Below, piece after piece: positions 38,705 to 51,623 of a DNA stretch of 64,000 nt. Source of the stretch: Lepidodermella squamata. Taxonomy: Eukaryota > Animalia > Gastrotricha. The stretch is from positions 992,001 through 1,056,000 of the forward strand of contig JBLDXI010000028.1 in assembly GCA_047495785.1 (NCBI GenBank), read 5' to 3'. Under the pieces are notes generated by a model, which had not been told where the DNA came from, ran no database searches, and saw only the letters and a list, made by a program, of their open reading frames with translations. A program made the position numbers and the translations under genes. Each line of letters begins with the position of its first letter. Within the stretch, counting starts at the first letter, position 1.

Positions 38705-40081
38705 ATGCTTTCCTGGTTGTTTGGACAGACTTCTCCACTGCTAAACTCAGAAAGAAGTACATGGATTGAACATAGTCTGGAATATGATGCTGAATCGCGT
38801 TCCTCGAATCTGCCCTTGATCGCAAATATTGGCTATGACAGTGAAAAGAAGGTTTTCAAGAAAGTTCAACTATGTTATACGCAGAATAGTTATATGGGAA
38901 TTGCTTATCAGCATTGGTTTATTACTGATGGCGTTAATTTCGTTGAATTCGGTTCCGCCAACTTGAATTACTCCACAGCAAGAGTCAACATCAACACCCT
39001 TCCACGTGACCAATTTTATATTTCGAGAAAGGAAGACATGGATGAAGCAAAACGCGAGCGCTTACGGCATGTCATGGGGATGAAGAACTACTCACTTTGC
39101 CTTCGAAATTGCGAGCACGTTGCCAATTACATCTTTAGAGGGCTTTGGTTCAGCTCTCAGATGGCTGAAGAGGGCGCTTTGATGAAATTCTTTCGTGACT
39201 ATTTCGTCGGTAATTCTAGGCGGTTGATAAATTCGTTTCCTTCAACTATTCGTCCTCATGTGTTTTCGCAAGCGAAAAAGCAACCCGTGTATTCTTTCAT
39301 CACGGAATCTTTCAAAGCAAATGCATTCGATTATTACTTGGATGAAACAGCTAAAACGTTCAATGTTGCGGTGATCGGCCCCACTGGCGCAGGAAAGTCA
39401 AGACTCATCAATGTGTTGTTTAATCACGAAAACTTGAGTAAAAGTGAAGAAAACCTAAAATCTGTCACTCGCGAAGTCTATTTCATCTCCGGCACTGGCG
39501 TAGTCGCGGAATATAATCCTGGTGGACAGGCAAGACATGAAAGTCGAAATGTTATAGTTGCTGATACCGTGGGACTATGTGACACCGACTTTAAGGATGA
39601 GCAAATTATGCAGTTGGTTAAAGGAAGAATTCAGGCTAACATGCGTTACCTTGATGTTGTTATCATAGTTTTCAATAGCCAGGTCCGAATGGAGCAACAA
39701 CATATTAAAAATATTAAACAAGTGCTGGAATGGTTGCAGTACAAAGAGGGTGACAATTGGAAAAGGTTTTTGTTCATTGGTACACATTCAGAGAATTGTA
39801 GCCCGGAAGCAATTGAGCGCCTACGCAGACAATTCATGGAAATATACGAGATTCCCGAGGAGAAATCGCGTTTTGTGGCAGCAGGCGACGGCGAACGCGA
39901 GAGCCAGAATACAGTTATCTTCTCCGGATTTCCACCTGGGGACGAGGAATCAGTTAGCGTTGGCGTTCTTCGACGTGCCAAAGACGATTGGTTAAAAATA
40001 AGAAAGATGTTTGAATATGCAAGACCGGATGCTCCACTGAGTGTCACTCCACCGCGCAACACAATGTGTTCTATATTGTGA
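38705..40081 (+). CDS. LRAT/PLAAT-like (H-NC) domain fused to a GIMAP/AIG1-like GTPase with C-terminal CaaX, copy 1
   Basis: 458-aa intronless ORF: YQHWF (His70), YSLCLRNCEHVANY (Cys136), G1 GPTGAGKS, G2 SVT, G3 DTVG, G4-like THSE, terminal CSIL. Confidence 0.85.
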   Translation: MLSWLFGQTSPLLNSERSTWIEHSLEYDAESRSSNLPLIANIGYDSEKKVFKKVQLCYTQNSYMGIAYQHWFITDGVNFVEFGSANLNYSTARVNINTLPRDQFYISRKEDMDEAKRERLRHVMGMKNYSLCLRNCEHVANYIFRGLWFSSQMAEEGALMKFFRDYFVGNSRRLINSFPSTIRPHVFSQAKKQPVYSFITESFKANAFDYYLDETAKTFNVAVIGPTGAGKSRLINVLFNHENLSKSEENLKSVTREVYFISGTGVVAEYNPGGQARHESRNVIVADTVGLCDTDFKDEQIMQLVKGRIQANMRYLDVVIIVFNSQVRMEQQHIKNIKQVLEWLQYKEGDNWKRFLFIGTHSENCSPEAIERLRRQFMEIYEIPEEKSRFVAAGDGERESQNTVIFSGFPPGDEESVSVGVLRRAKDDWLKIRKMFEYARPDAPLSVTPPRNTMCSIL

Positions 40082-41667
40082 GCTGCTTACCGATTCTCGG
40101 TGCCATTTTTGTTATCCCAGACTTGAAACTAATTCAGTATAAGGCGATATTCACTTTCAACAAATTGCTAGCTTGCGTTGAGTAACTGTCTGTTGAGGCC
40201 TGATAATTTTCTACTTATGCATCATTTCCATTTGAATTGGGTGCTAAAAAGTTACAAATATACAGTAACCAAACAATCAATATTAATGAACTGGAACACT
40301 ATTAACCCTCTAAGGCCGGGAGCGTGTATACTCAAACTACGACTTCTCACCTTGAATTCTCATACTTCTGGATTTTTGCCGGCCAAATGGTTTGGCATAC
40401 GTTTAGATGACCATCTAAATACCCCGATTCCGAAAACCGCAGACTCGCCGCGTTGATTACGTAACACAGGTGAGCGCGCAAATCACGGGCACTCATGCCT
40501 ATTGTGTAAACTCAGGCAAATTTCGACCAAATGACACGGGGGTCGCGCGGGCGGCCTGTTTTGTGTGCATCGGTTCAGTCACCCTGTGTTAATTCAAATG
40601 GCCACTTAAGTTTACTCATGCACATTGTCAATAAATGTTTGATTTCAATTTTTTTACATTTTCTTTTTAAATAAAACTTTTTATGAGTGTGATGAAAAAT
40701 TAAGACACTCGCAGATGCTGCGCAACATAGAATTGCGTAACAACAACAAGCTTTTTACGTTGTTACGTTATAACCATGCAAAATGGAAATAAAAGCGCGG
40801 CTTCGAGTAGAAACATGAGCATCGTCAATATTCATTTACCGAAATTTGCGTCATCCTAACTTTTCGTAACTCATGGATGCGGCTGATAAGCAGCAAGTCT
40901 ACGGCATGGTGGAATCCGATGAGATCGGTTCAACCGATTCCGCGCTCTCGTCATCGGACGATGAACTTGACCGGCCGCTGGCTGACTTCAAGGTGCCTGG
41001 ACAGGTCAAATGGCAAAAGCTGAACGAAGATCGCCAACTTCACATCGAAAAATGCGACCTGAAAAGTCGCCCTACCGACGAATTTGTAACACGAGTCGAG
41101 GCGCTAGGCAAAGGTAGGTATCTAGCCCATACCCATCCGAATTATACTGTAAACGTATTAATTTTCGCGGTATTTTTGAATTCGCGGACGGCCCATTTTC
41201 GGTCATTTTTCATTTTCGCGGATTCTTGAATTCGCGGAGGCAATTTCCGAAAAAGTACCATTTTCGCGTGAGCGAATTTTTCGCGCGCGTGTAATTTTCG
41301 CGGTGATATGAATTCGCGCAAGTGCCGCATCAGTGATTCGCAGAGCCATAGCGCACGCAAATGAACAGGTGCGCTCATGGACCAAACAACAAAGCCTATT
41401 ACGCACATTTGCTCGCGCGGCGAACGCGCGTCCAGGGCGGCGGTTGTCTTTATCGCGGTGTTTGAGGGCGCCGTGTTGTCTGATCGCGATCTTTGATAGA
41501 CACCTTGTCAATCGAGAGCACGCCGTTTGAATTTTATTGGTCCACCCGATGTCCAATAGGAAGCGGCGCGCAGGGTGGCTACGGCGCATGCCGAATTTGT
41601 CGAAAACGTCAAACGTACAGTTCTCGCTCTAATCGCTCTAATTCGCTCTAATACGCTCTAATCGCAA

Positions 41668-43997
41668 ATGAAAACACTCAACGCCTACTTCGCAAGTGTC
41701 CCTAGTCCAAAGGGCGTAATCAAGATCACTCGTGACGACGCGCCCTCGGTGCCGATCACTTCATTGAACGCGGTCAACGACGCTATCTCCGCGCTCTACA
41801 ATGGTAATCCAGCGTCAACGCCGACCGGCAGCCGGAAACGCCCCTCGTCTTACCTGAAAATCTCTGACGAATATCGGCTTAAAATCGCCAAGTTTCAAAT
41901 TAACGGAAGCGCAGCTGAAGCAGCACGCAAGTTTGGTCAAGAGCTCGGTAAGCCGCTCAACGAGTCGACCTGTCGCGGCATCAAGCAGCAATTAGACAAA
42001 AAACTTGCAACCCTCGGCTACGACTTGAGTCAGATCGATTCGCTGCCCAAGGAATCCGGCGCATCTCTTATGATTCCTGACGACACCGATAAAAATATCC
42101 AAATTGTAAGTAACTATTTTTGTTGCTTTTCCCCTTTTTCGTTTGAATAAATTTTCAAATTTGACCGTGAAATTGATGCAAATGAGCAATAATTTTGCTT
42201 TCTTTTCTCTTAGGTCATCGAGAAATTGCGCGAGAAAGGTGCGGTTGTCAACACTTTGGTCGTTCTCTCAATCGCCGAGGCAATCGTTCGCGCCGAGTGC
42301 CCAACGCTACTCATGGGCAAAGGTGGTACCCGCATCAGGCTGACGAAAACGTGGACGCAGAGCCTTTTTCGCCGCATGGGCTACGTAAAGCGCAAGGGTA
42401 CCAAAAGCGCGAAGTCGGATGTGGCGAACAAGGACGAGATCAAGGCGGACTGGTGCCTTCTTGTTCGACGTACTGCCCTTGAGTGCGCCGTTCCGCCTGA
42501 GCTGATAGTTAACTTTGATCAGTTTCCGTCTAAACTAGCTCCGGTTGGCAACTGGACGATGGAGCGGCGAAACTCGAAGCAGGTCAAAATTCATGGCGTC
42601 GATGACAAGCGCGAGATCACCGTCGTTCTCGGCTCAACTATGGCTGGCAGCATTCTGCCGTTTCAGGTTAACTATTTTTTAATTTTTTATTCTCTCGTAT
42701 TTTTGCTGAAGTGACCATACTGCTCGCGCGCAAAATTTTGAATGATTTACCATAGAATCTAGAATATCCACAGCATTTTTTTTTACTTTTTAAACTTTTT
42801 AAACGGTGAAAATTGTATGAAAAATCAAGTTTTCGACGGTGAGGAAGTTCAAGAAACAAATTTGACAGCTAGACAGCGCGTGCTTATGATAAAAATTAGC
42901 GATGAAATAGGGGGAATTAAATCATAATTTTGTTTGTGCGCGCGCTTGTGTGTGCGTGTAAGAGCGCGGAGTTGAGCGCTGCACATGCGCTATTTTTAAT
43001 TAATAAATTTTTTATTTTCATCAACCTAATTACGCGGTTTTGCCTGCAGGTCATTTACGCGGGAAAGACCGAGCGTTGCCACCGTGGACTGGTTTTCCCC
43101 GAAGGTTTCGATGTCACCGAGTCGCCATCTCACTGGTCAGTCGAGCATATGATGAAACGCTAGGTCGTAGAAATTTTGGATCCATATTGCGTCAAAACTC
43201 GCGAGTCGCTCGACCTCCCTCCAGAGCAGCCAGCAATCATCATCCTCGATCATTACGCTTGTCACCTGCAGCCGGAATTCAAGGACTGCTTACGCGAGCA
43301 TCGAATGATACCGATCTATGTTCCTCCCAACCTGACAAGTGAGCTACAACCGGCGGATTTCCTCCTCAATCAATTCGTGAAGAATCGAGTCCGCGACAGG
43401 TACCACGCATGGCACACTGATCAATTTTTCGAAAGTTTTAAGGCGGATGGAGCTAATGCGAAACCAGTTGACACGCTGGCCAGTATCATCAAGCCTCTTC
43501 ATGCTGAATGGCTGGGTGGCGCGTACGCTGACCTGGCTAAGCGACCCGACTTGGTGTTTTCTGCCTGGAAGCGACCGGGAATTTTGTTCAACGAAGTCCC
43601 GTTCGATTTGATCGGCGAGTGCAGCGAGGTAAAAAACGAATTCACCGACAGCGACGACGAGGAGTATGAAAAACCGATCGCTTGCTTCAAAAAGCGCGCC
43701 GTTATTCGCGATTCGCCGACGCCGTCGAATTCTACACCTGTAACGTCAACACCACTTTGGCGGTCGATCACTTCAACGCCTGCTCCGCCTTCCTCGACTC
43801 CACTTCCTTCAACGCCGGTTCCTGTGGCAGAAACAGCACCATCATCGCTTTGCTTCGAGACGGCCGTTTCATCTCAACGGGATGCGAGCGACGAACAGCT
43901 CATCCCAGCAATCGAAGCTAATGTTCTCGCTGAATCGTCTGAACTTCCGTGGTTCGGAGGCACAAACTTCACGAAAACATCGACGCAACAACCATGA
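41668..43997 (+). pseudogene. pogo/Tc2-type DDE_1 transposase (DD35D) with two introns and one in-frame stop, nested in the piggyBac
   Basis: Exons 41668-42105, 42214-42666, 43050-43997; HTH/CENP-B-like N-terminus, VNFDQ, IILDHY and LQPADF catalytic motifs, TAG at 43161-43163. Left end TA|CTGTAAACGTATTAATTTTCGCG at 41147 with TTTTCGCG repeats; no right end found. Confidence 0.85.
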
Positions 43998-44244
43998 CTG
44001 ACGCTTGGAAAGATGGCGGACATTGGCCTCGGCACATCGGCAATTACCCCGGCACTCAGCGCACTCGTATGCGCCAATGTGCGCTATGTGTGGCCACGAA
44101 GCCTCTTGGCAGCCGAATTCCGGCATCAGCCTACGAATGCCAGGTCTGCGACGTTGGGCTGTGCATCGATCCTTGCTTTCGGCAATTCGGACCTCACGCC
44201 GGCTGATTTTTCACCATTTTTATCATGAATAAATGGAAAATATT

Positions 44245-45455
44245 TTTTTAACATCAAATTTACTTTTTTCAACATCAAATTACTTTTTCTATCATCAAAC
44301 TCTTTTTTCAACAGCAAACTTCAGAAATTGTTATTTGATAGGGAAGAATATGCTTTCATGATGATTTCAAGTGATTATGACCTCGGGTGATGATAGCGGG
44401 CCCAGACTCGTACCAATGAGCTAAGGTGGTCATATCCAGAGGTGGAAACAGGTCAGGTTAACCGGCCGGTAAGCTGACCGGTTGCCGGTTGGGTCGGGTC
44501 GCCGGTTAGGTAGTTTCCAGCCGGTTGACCGGTAAACTGGGCTTTTCGGCATGAAAGCAAAACATATAGCGAATTTAACGTGGCTGCGAGACTTCCGCGA
44601 AATGTTCTGAGTAGCACTCGTAGAGAAAGGACGCTATTTTCAACAATCAGGGGTCTGCGCTAATCGATTATTGGATTTTTGGTGATTCATAGTGGTCGGT
44701 GGTCGAAAGACACTTTCAATTATAAAGAGACCTAGCAAACGGTGATGACATCACCTATTGCCTATTTTTATTGTCGCTACATGCGAAAGTCCCTTGGAGG
44801 AAAGTCCGGCTACGAACGATGTCAGTGCCGGGCAAAGTTGCTTCTCGACGGCGAGACATGGGTGCTGATGGCATCCGGGGCGAAGCAGCGTCACAAGACC
44901 ACTTCCCAACTAACGACACCAGTCGAGAAGCGAATAGAGAAAATTTCTATTCGATGGATACTACAATAGAATCGACACATGCCCATGAAAATCTCCATCG
45001 ACATTGACAATGCCCACCCTCAAGAAAGGGAGCGCATGCGTCTATTCAGTGCAGCGCAACGGCGTAAAACGTTCCGGCGGCTAAACCTTGAAGGGCCCTG
45101 ACTAATTTCACTCATTTGAATCATTGTCTTCGCAAAAAAATGAGAATCGTAAAATTATTCGGACAAATATTTAAAAATTCAATTTTTTTGGCCAAAAATC
45201 AAATATTTGTCCGTAACTTTGCAAAATCACAGATAACTCAATTTTACATATTTTTATAAACGGGTTCGACAGCAATAAACTACATTGTTCACCCGAAATG
45301 CTATTTTTCTGTTATTTTTCCGGACTGGTCATTATCAAGGGCTTTAATGAGTGTGGATCGCAAAAATTAACATATCGAAATTTGCTGTTGAAAAAAGAGT
45401 TTAATGATGGAAAAGTAATTTGATGTTGAAAAAAGTAAATTTGATGTTGAATAAA
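44245..45455. mobile_element. Inverted-repeat element family X, copy 1 (inside the piggyBac)
   Basis: About 75-bp inverted repeats (CAACATCAAATTAC / GTAATTTGATGTTG). Related copy at 45866-46822 and a fragment at 56665-56800. Confidence 0.65.
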
Positions 45456-45865
45456 ATGTGACCCGAATAAATGAACTCATTTTGAGTAAATCACATGTTG
45501 ATCAGAGTAATTTTCAGCGCGTCTTGTGTTAACTCAAGTGCGAGTTTTTACAAATAATAAGTGTGAGTAAAGTCAAGTGGGTACTTGTGTATAATCGGTA
45601 TTGAGTGTCGTAAAAATCGCCAATCCAAAATATAACCCCCAAAACTGAGTTCACACATGTTGCAGCTTAGTTAACTCAAAATGAGTGGTTTTTCCCCAAT
45701 GAGTATACTCAAATTGTCAAAACTCAAGACGCTGCCGGCCTTAGAGGGTTAAATTATCTGCCATTTTTAACTCGCTTATCTCTTTTAGGATAAAAAAACT
45801 GTTTCCCGTGTGTTTGACTACTATCATTGTTAAACCACAAAAAATACGATTTGTGAAATAAATGC

Positions 45866-46822
45866 AACATCAAATTACTTTTCCTATCATCAAACTCAAA
45901 TTAGTATTTGATATAGGGAAGAATATACTTTCATGATGAAGTTTTGGATTTTATATGCTTATGACCCCGGGTGATGAAAGCGGGGTCCAGACAATTTTTT
46001 ATGGTCATGTCTATGTGAACACAGGATTGTGTATTGCCTAATGGCTATGCGTACACATCGTATGCGTGATTGGCTACTTGAACACTGCGCGAGTTTAAAT
46101 TTGGCTGTGTGCCACGCACATTCTGTACGCTTAGTACGCTTAGTACCTTCCTCATTGGCTTCACCTATACAAGTGAATCGCCCTTATAGTAATGTTGAGA
46201 ACAAACCCATCCTATAACTGAGAGCAGGCAGAAGATTGAGCCAAAACTGGCAACAAGACATTACACTTTGGTCTTTCAGAAATGAGATTTGGATTTTTGT
46301 TGAGGAACTCGAACCTAGATCCATACTTACTATCCATATTAAGGGATTGCATACAGCGGTTAGCGATTGCTAACATTGTTTTGGGCCAAAGAATCACATA
46401 TGCTTCACACCTCCGCTTGTGGCTGGGGCGCAGCCACTGCAGTGCATGATTCAGTGCAGCGCAACGGCGTCGAAAGCGTTACGGCGGCTTAACCTTGACT
46501 AATTTCACTTATTTGAAAAAAAAACGAGAATCGTAAAATTACTGGGACGAATAATATTCAAAAAATTAATTTTGTTGGCCAAAAATCAAATATTTGTCCG
46601 TAACTTTGCAAAATTACAACAAAGTCGATTTTCTATTATTTTATGAGGGGGTTCGACAACAATAAATTACATTCTCCCCCAGAATTTCCTGTTATTTTCT
46701 CGGACTGGGCATCATCAAGGGCTTTGAGGAGAGTGGGTCGCAAAATTTAACATAGGTATCGAAATTTGCTGTTGAAAAAAGAGTTTGATGATAGAAAAAG
46801 TAATTTGATGTTGAATAAAATG
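45866..46822. mobile_element. Inverted-repeat element family X, copy 2
   Basis: Shares both arms with 44245-45455 but has an unrelated middle. Confidence 0.65.
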
Positions 46823-47559
46823 TAACTTAAAGAATGAAATAAGAGCAACGAAACGACAGCGAATATATATCGTCTTTATTATAATAATAATATAATAATA
46901 TCTGGTAAATAATAATTGGTGCCCTCGGGCTGGTATTGGCGTCTCGGGGTACTTGGACACCTTTGGCGTCGCGGTAGGAGTGCTAAAGACAAGGATGTTA
47001 TTACTCGCGCTGTGATTATTCGAGTGGCATTGAATCGATTCGTCGAGAATTGTTCATGGAATGCAGCCGTACTTTGACCGATCAATTTAGCATGACAACG
47101 TGCACAAAATTCCACGACCACGCGACCACGCCCGTAATTTTAATGATGAAAATCCAGCAATTAATCACAATTAAAAAAACCGCCCATTTTACGCCATCTC
47201 GCGAGGTCTAGGGTCTAGGGTAAATTATTGTAAAACTCACAAATTCGATGCGTGAAATTTCATCCGAAGAATATTACCCTAAGTTATCGACGATGTTTCT
47301 TTTTATTACTCGAGGCGCGTTGCTGAAAACGTGTATTGCCCTGCTATTGTATGCGCGCGCGACTGTGACTACAACGGTACTGTCGCTCCGCGGATTTGTA
47401 AAACTGCCACGCGACAAATAAAATGTCGCGCGCGATTTTGTCGCCGCTGTCGCAGATTAGTGAATCCAGCTTAACTAGCTTAGAGGAATAATGAGTGTTT
47501 CACATTTTACTCCTCTGCGACTTTGTGTGATGAATCCTGCTCCTTGAAGCCGGTCTGGC

Positions 47560-47955
47560 CATGAGACGTACTGTAGGACTGGCCATAAGCTGAGAATCTG
47601 AAAAAGTGTGATATTTTTAATGAGGTCCAAAGTCCAACTCGACCAATGAATCATCTCATTACACTTTTTGCAATCATCTCAAGCCTCTTTTTTGCTTAAG
47701 ATCAACGAGATCAACACATCTTTACACAGCGTCACGCCGATCTTTTGCTGTAAAAGAATTCTCATCAGTTTTTAATTATTGACATTTAAAAAATTAAAAT
47801 TTTATAAATTAAAATTTCTTTAATTTCGAAATTTTACTGGACTAAAATTTAATTCGTATGCACATTCCGATATGCACAGTCCGCGGCCTTCAAGAGGCCC
47901 ATGTAACGGGAGTGCATGAGCTTCGAAGCCGCGGCGTCCTATAGTACGTCTCATG
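47560..47955. mobile_element. P/hAT-type MITE
   Basis: Inverted repeats CATGAGACGTACT; 8-bp duplication GGTCTGGC; empty site in unit 1 at about 37103. Confidence 0.92.
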
Positions 47956-48627
47956 GGTCTGGCCGCTTTCGCCTTATCAAACCATACTTTTCTGTGATAG
48001 TGAATTCACACTCTGCTGAGAATGCAACAAATGATAAGCGTTCGCTCATTTCTCTTGCAAAGGGGAGGTAAAACAAAAATATACTTTATTACGCTCATTT
48101 ATCAACGACAGCAAAAGAGAAACAATTGTTCACAGTAGTTCTAATGATTTTCGAAGGCCCTGATCACGATTTTGAAATCCGTTTGTCTCTATCACCGTTA
48201 GGACTATGTGAAAAGTGCCATATCCGCCCAGCTGATTTCAGGCGATTTTCGAGCACCCTGATTTCTGTGTCAGCTTTGTTCAGCTTTGGAATTTCAGATT
48301 CTAAATTACTTCCATGAAGGTCCCTAACATTCTCCCTCACTTACATCACCGAAAACATTCAGTTTATAACAGTTTTAGAAGCTCAGCATTCAGATCAGGA
48401 TATAGGGCGCTTTCGACCGCTTTGATTTAACTTGAATGGAGTAGGGTAAAGTGACCTAATGTGTCATAATTTCGCTTACTTTTTTTCGAGGCCCGATATC
48501 TACTCACCTGAGGGGTCCCGGCCCGATTTTGTTTGACAGGGACCTCAGTTAGGGTCTTGGCTTCGATAATCCGTCGAAAAAATTCGACCCCGATGCCTAT
48601 TGTAAGTGTGGCAGGAGGTGTTGTGAC

Positions 48628-49095
48628 CTTGGAGGAATAGTAATGGAGTGAGCACTGCCCTATTAACGAGATCGTATCGTGCACACGACGGGGGGCCCGC
48701 CGCCTGCCTCACTCGCGCGCACGAGATGAGGAAACAACTGCACGTTGGTACCATTTTTTCGTCAATTTTAAAGATATTGAGCTGTGCTTTAGAATATAGG
48801 TAGATAGTAGAAACCGAGACGCGTCCCTACATCTAAAAATTATTGAATTCTGACCCAGGATTGCGGAGTAACGGGAAAAATAAGTGAGCGCCTGTGCTTT
48901 TGCCTACATCAAAAAACGGTATCGATGCGACGTACGGTTGCTGAGCAATCGCGCATCAAAGTTTTAAAAAATGTGCGCGCGTTTGGAGTCACGTGAGCAA
49001 GAACAATGCGGGCGCCCTGCTGCGCACTCAGACTTTGTCCAACGATAGTGCGCGCTGATAAAGAGCAGTGCTCACTCCATCTCTATTCCTCCAAG
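48628..49095. mobile_element. Nested P/hAT-type MITE
   Basis: CTTGGAGGAATAG...CTATTCCTCCAAG with 8-bp duplication GTTGTGAC. Confidence 0.88.
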
Positions 49096-49140
49096 GTTGT
49101 GACGCAAGAGACTGATTATGACAAATTTAGGAGCCGGCGC

Positions 49141-50411
49141 CTATTTCGTCATAATTTTTCGACCAACGGTCCTAATTGTCATAATGGGGTCTAGAGTTAT
49201 TTTTTTGACCTGCCGTTATAGGATTAGGTGAATCGAGGCCGGCGGATTCGATTCTGATGTTCAAACAGTACCTTCATCAGTCAAAAATTTTTGTTTTTGC
49301 CAAATCCGTATCTTGGTCTAGTTTTTATTTCAAATTTCCCATCTTGCTTGACGTGCTCATGCCAGTAGCCATGTCAATGTCCGGGTAATGAACCAGATGG
49401 GTTTTAGCTCTAGCTGTATATCAGAATAATGCATAAATGTTAATTTTTCTAGGGGCCCAATGGTGGCTCGTATGGGCGGCTGCATCTATGCCTTAAATTG
49501 CCAAAATGTGTTTTCTTTCGGAATTTCCAGCCGAGTTTTTGTCATTCTTAAACCATCATAAGGCCATCTAAAGCTCATATATCACTCCTACTATAGTTTG
49601 ATGAGCTCATTAACGAACTTCTGGGACCAATTCAAAGCTAATATTGATCTAGCAGATCTGGTAAGATTGATTAGATGTGAGAATGAATGGCAAAATGAGT
49701 TTTAGTTCGTCTGAGTATAATCGATAAGTCTACGGAAATATTGCCAAATCTAACTGGTTGGCTCCTCTACCATGGTAAGCTGATGCCATCCGTCATCAAA
49801 ATTTACGTTAAGATCGAGGCAGAATCGAAAAATGTGGATCTTAGTGCACTCGATAGGTACAGTTTTATTTGCGGTTTCACTAGTTTCGAGATAGCGCCAT
49901 AGGATCATTTCCGAACAATACCAACTTGACATGGTCGGCCTCTGCTAGCCAGGGATGCCCCAAAGAATTCCTGATACCGAATTAAGCTGTTCGAGATCGA
50001 AATTAGGCATATTAGATGACCTATTAAGCCTTAATTAGTGTTAGGAAACTAGGCCAAGGCCATTCGGCATGTACAGCATGCATAGGAGCCTATTTTCATG
50101 ACAGCTAAACAGAAATTGCACTCTGACCAGAGCATTTTAGTTGAAGGGTCACCACATTACTACGAATTGGAAGAAATTTCCTAAAAATTGTGCTTCCGAC
50201 CGGGAAAAAGCAGTAAAATTGGATTAAAAACAACATAGAGCATTAAGTGGTCGCAAAATCTTGACAACAGTTAATTTTTGAATGATTTGAATATAAGAAT
50301 CGAATCCGCCGGCCTCGATTCACCTAATCATTATAACGGCAGACCAAAAAAATAACTCTAGACCTCATTATGACAATTAGAACCGTTGGTCGAAAAATTA
50401 TGACGAAATAG
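49141..50411. mobile_element. Nested foldback element
   Basis: About 115-bp inverted repeats CTATTTCGTCATAATTTTTCG...; target duplication ambiguous. Confidence 0.82.
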
Positions 50412-50538
50412 AGTTGCGTTTTTTATGGTGTCCACGGGCTAATTATATAAATTAGGACCAGATGACACACATAACTTAACTTATGCTTTTACAAGCAATC
50501 GTTAGACTTTAAATTCAGAAATATTGATCTACGGGTTG

Positions 50539-51623
50539 GGTACCATGACATAAGGGCGCGGATAAAAGCGCGAAAGACATAAGGGCGCCGGACATAAGGG
50601 CGAAAGGCAAAAGAGCGCCGGACAAAAGGGCGAAAGACCGAAGAGCGCGGACAAAAGGGCGCCTGGACAAAAGGGCGCCTGATTTTTATGTATAACGAAG
50701 GCCTATTAGTTATTATTTTTTAAAACGATGGCTTTGCGACGCTTTTAGAGGAAACTAATTGTTTTACAATGCGGAGTGTTGGCAAATATAACCCCTTCGC
50801 GAACCAGGTTCATCCCCAGGTCGATTTACCGGCTGATCGACGAGCGCCTTAGAGCCCTAGTCCCATTACAGGATAACCTGTTTGACTTTGAAAACCTAAT
50901 CTCTAATTTAGACGCCATTTGGCATGTGCTAGATGATTAATTTTCGATTCGAATGACCTTGTGCTAAATGATTTAATTTATTCAGTCATTGATTGAAAAT
51001 GGTTTGCTTCTCTTGCATGATAATAAATATCAATCACGTAGATTTTAGGGTTTTATCATAACTTATTTTGCTTATTTTGCCTTCGGAAACCTTATAAAAT
51101 CTTATAAAACTCACAATCGCATCAATTTCCGATTGCAGCATTACTATCAAGTTTTACAACTGTGTTACTATAGGTATTTTCAATTTTCATGAACAAATCT
51201 ATAGGTAATGAGTATAACAAAAATGACAAATAAGTAACTGAATAACTGAATTCATCAAAAAGTTCAACCTGCCCCAGTCAATCCTACCTGACATTGTCAT
51301 TTCAGTAATTAAGGACTCATGCAAAATAATTAATAACCACCTGTACAACAAGTAATTGTTAAACGTAAATACCCGTGTCTTTAGGCAATCTGATACTTAG
51401 TATTGGACGGAACATTGATTTTTAAATAAACAACTACTAAAAGTAATTGGTAATTTTATCTGGCGCCCTTATGTCCTGCGCCCTTTTGTCTCGGCGCCCT
51501 TTTGTCTTGATGTAGCGCCCTTATGCCCTCGCGCCCTTTTGTCCGGCGCCCTTTCGTCTTTCGCTCTAAAGTCGGCGCCCTTATGTCTGCGCGCTTATGT
51601 CTGCGCCCTTATGTCCTACCACG
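50539..51623. mobile_element. Nested MITE with AAGGGCGC subterminal arrays (Mutator-like)
   Basis: 8-bp duplication ACGGGTTG; inverted arrays of GACA(T/A)AAGGGCG. Confidence 0.85.

Larger units (their letters stand above)
40306..45748 (+). mobile_element. Composite defective piggyBac element
   Basis: Inverted repeats CCCTCTAAGGCCGG...CCGGCCTTAGAGGG with TTAA at 40302-40305 and 45749-45752. Acidic N-terminal ORF from 40873 and the piggyBac Cys-rich C-terminus HWP...CALC...YECQVCDVGLCIDPCF at about 44000-44206. Confidence 0.9.

Noticed and set aside
38705-40081. Endogenous picorna/calicivirus origin (H-NC protein next to an NTPase)
   Set aside because: The P-loop domain has GTPase G2-G4 motifs rather than SF3 helicase motifs, and no polymerase or capsid is nearby.
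43161-43163. In-frame TAG as programmed readthrough or a variant genetic code
   Set aside because: It is one base from TGG or TAT/TAC in a decaying transposase, and TAG ends normal genes here (basigin, the LDLa gene).
46850-47472. Harbinger-like end and an 80-aa ORF
   Set aside because: Only one putative end and no transposase motif, so too weak to call.
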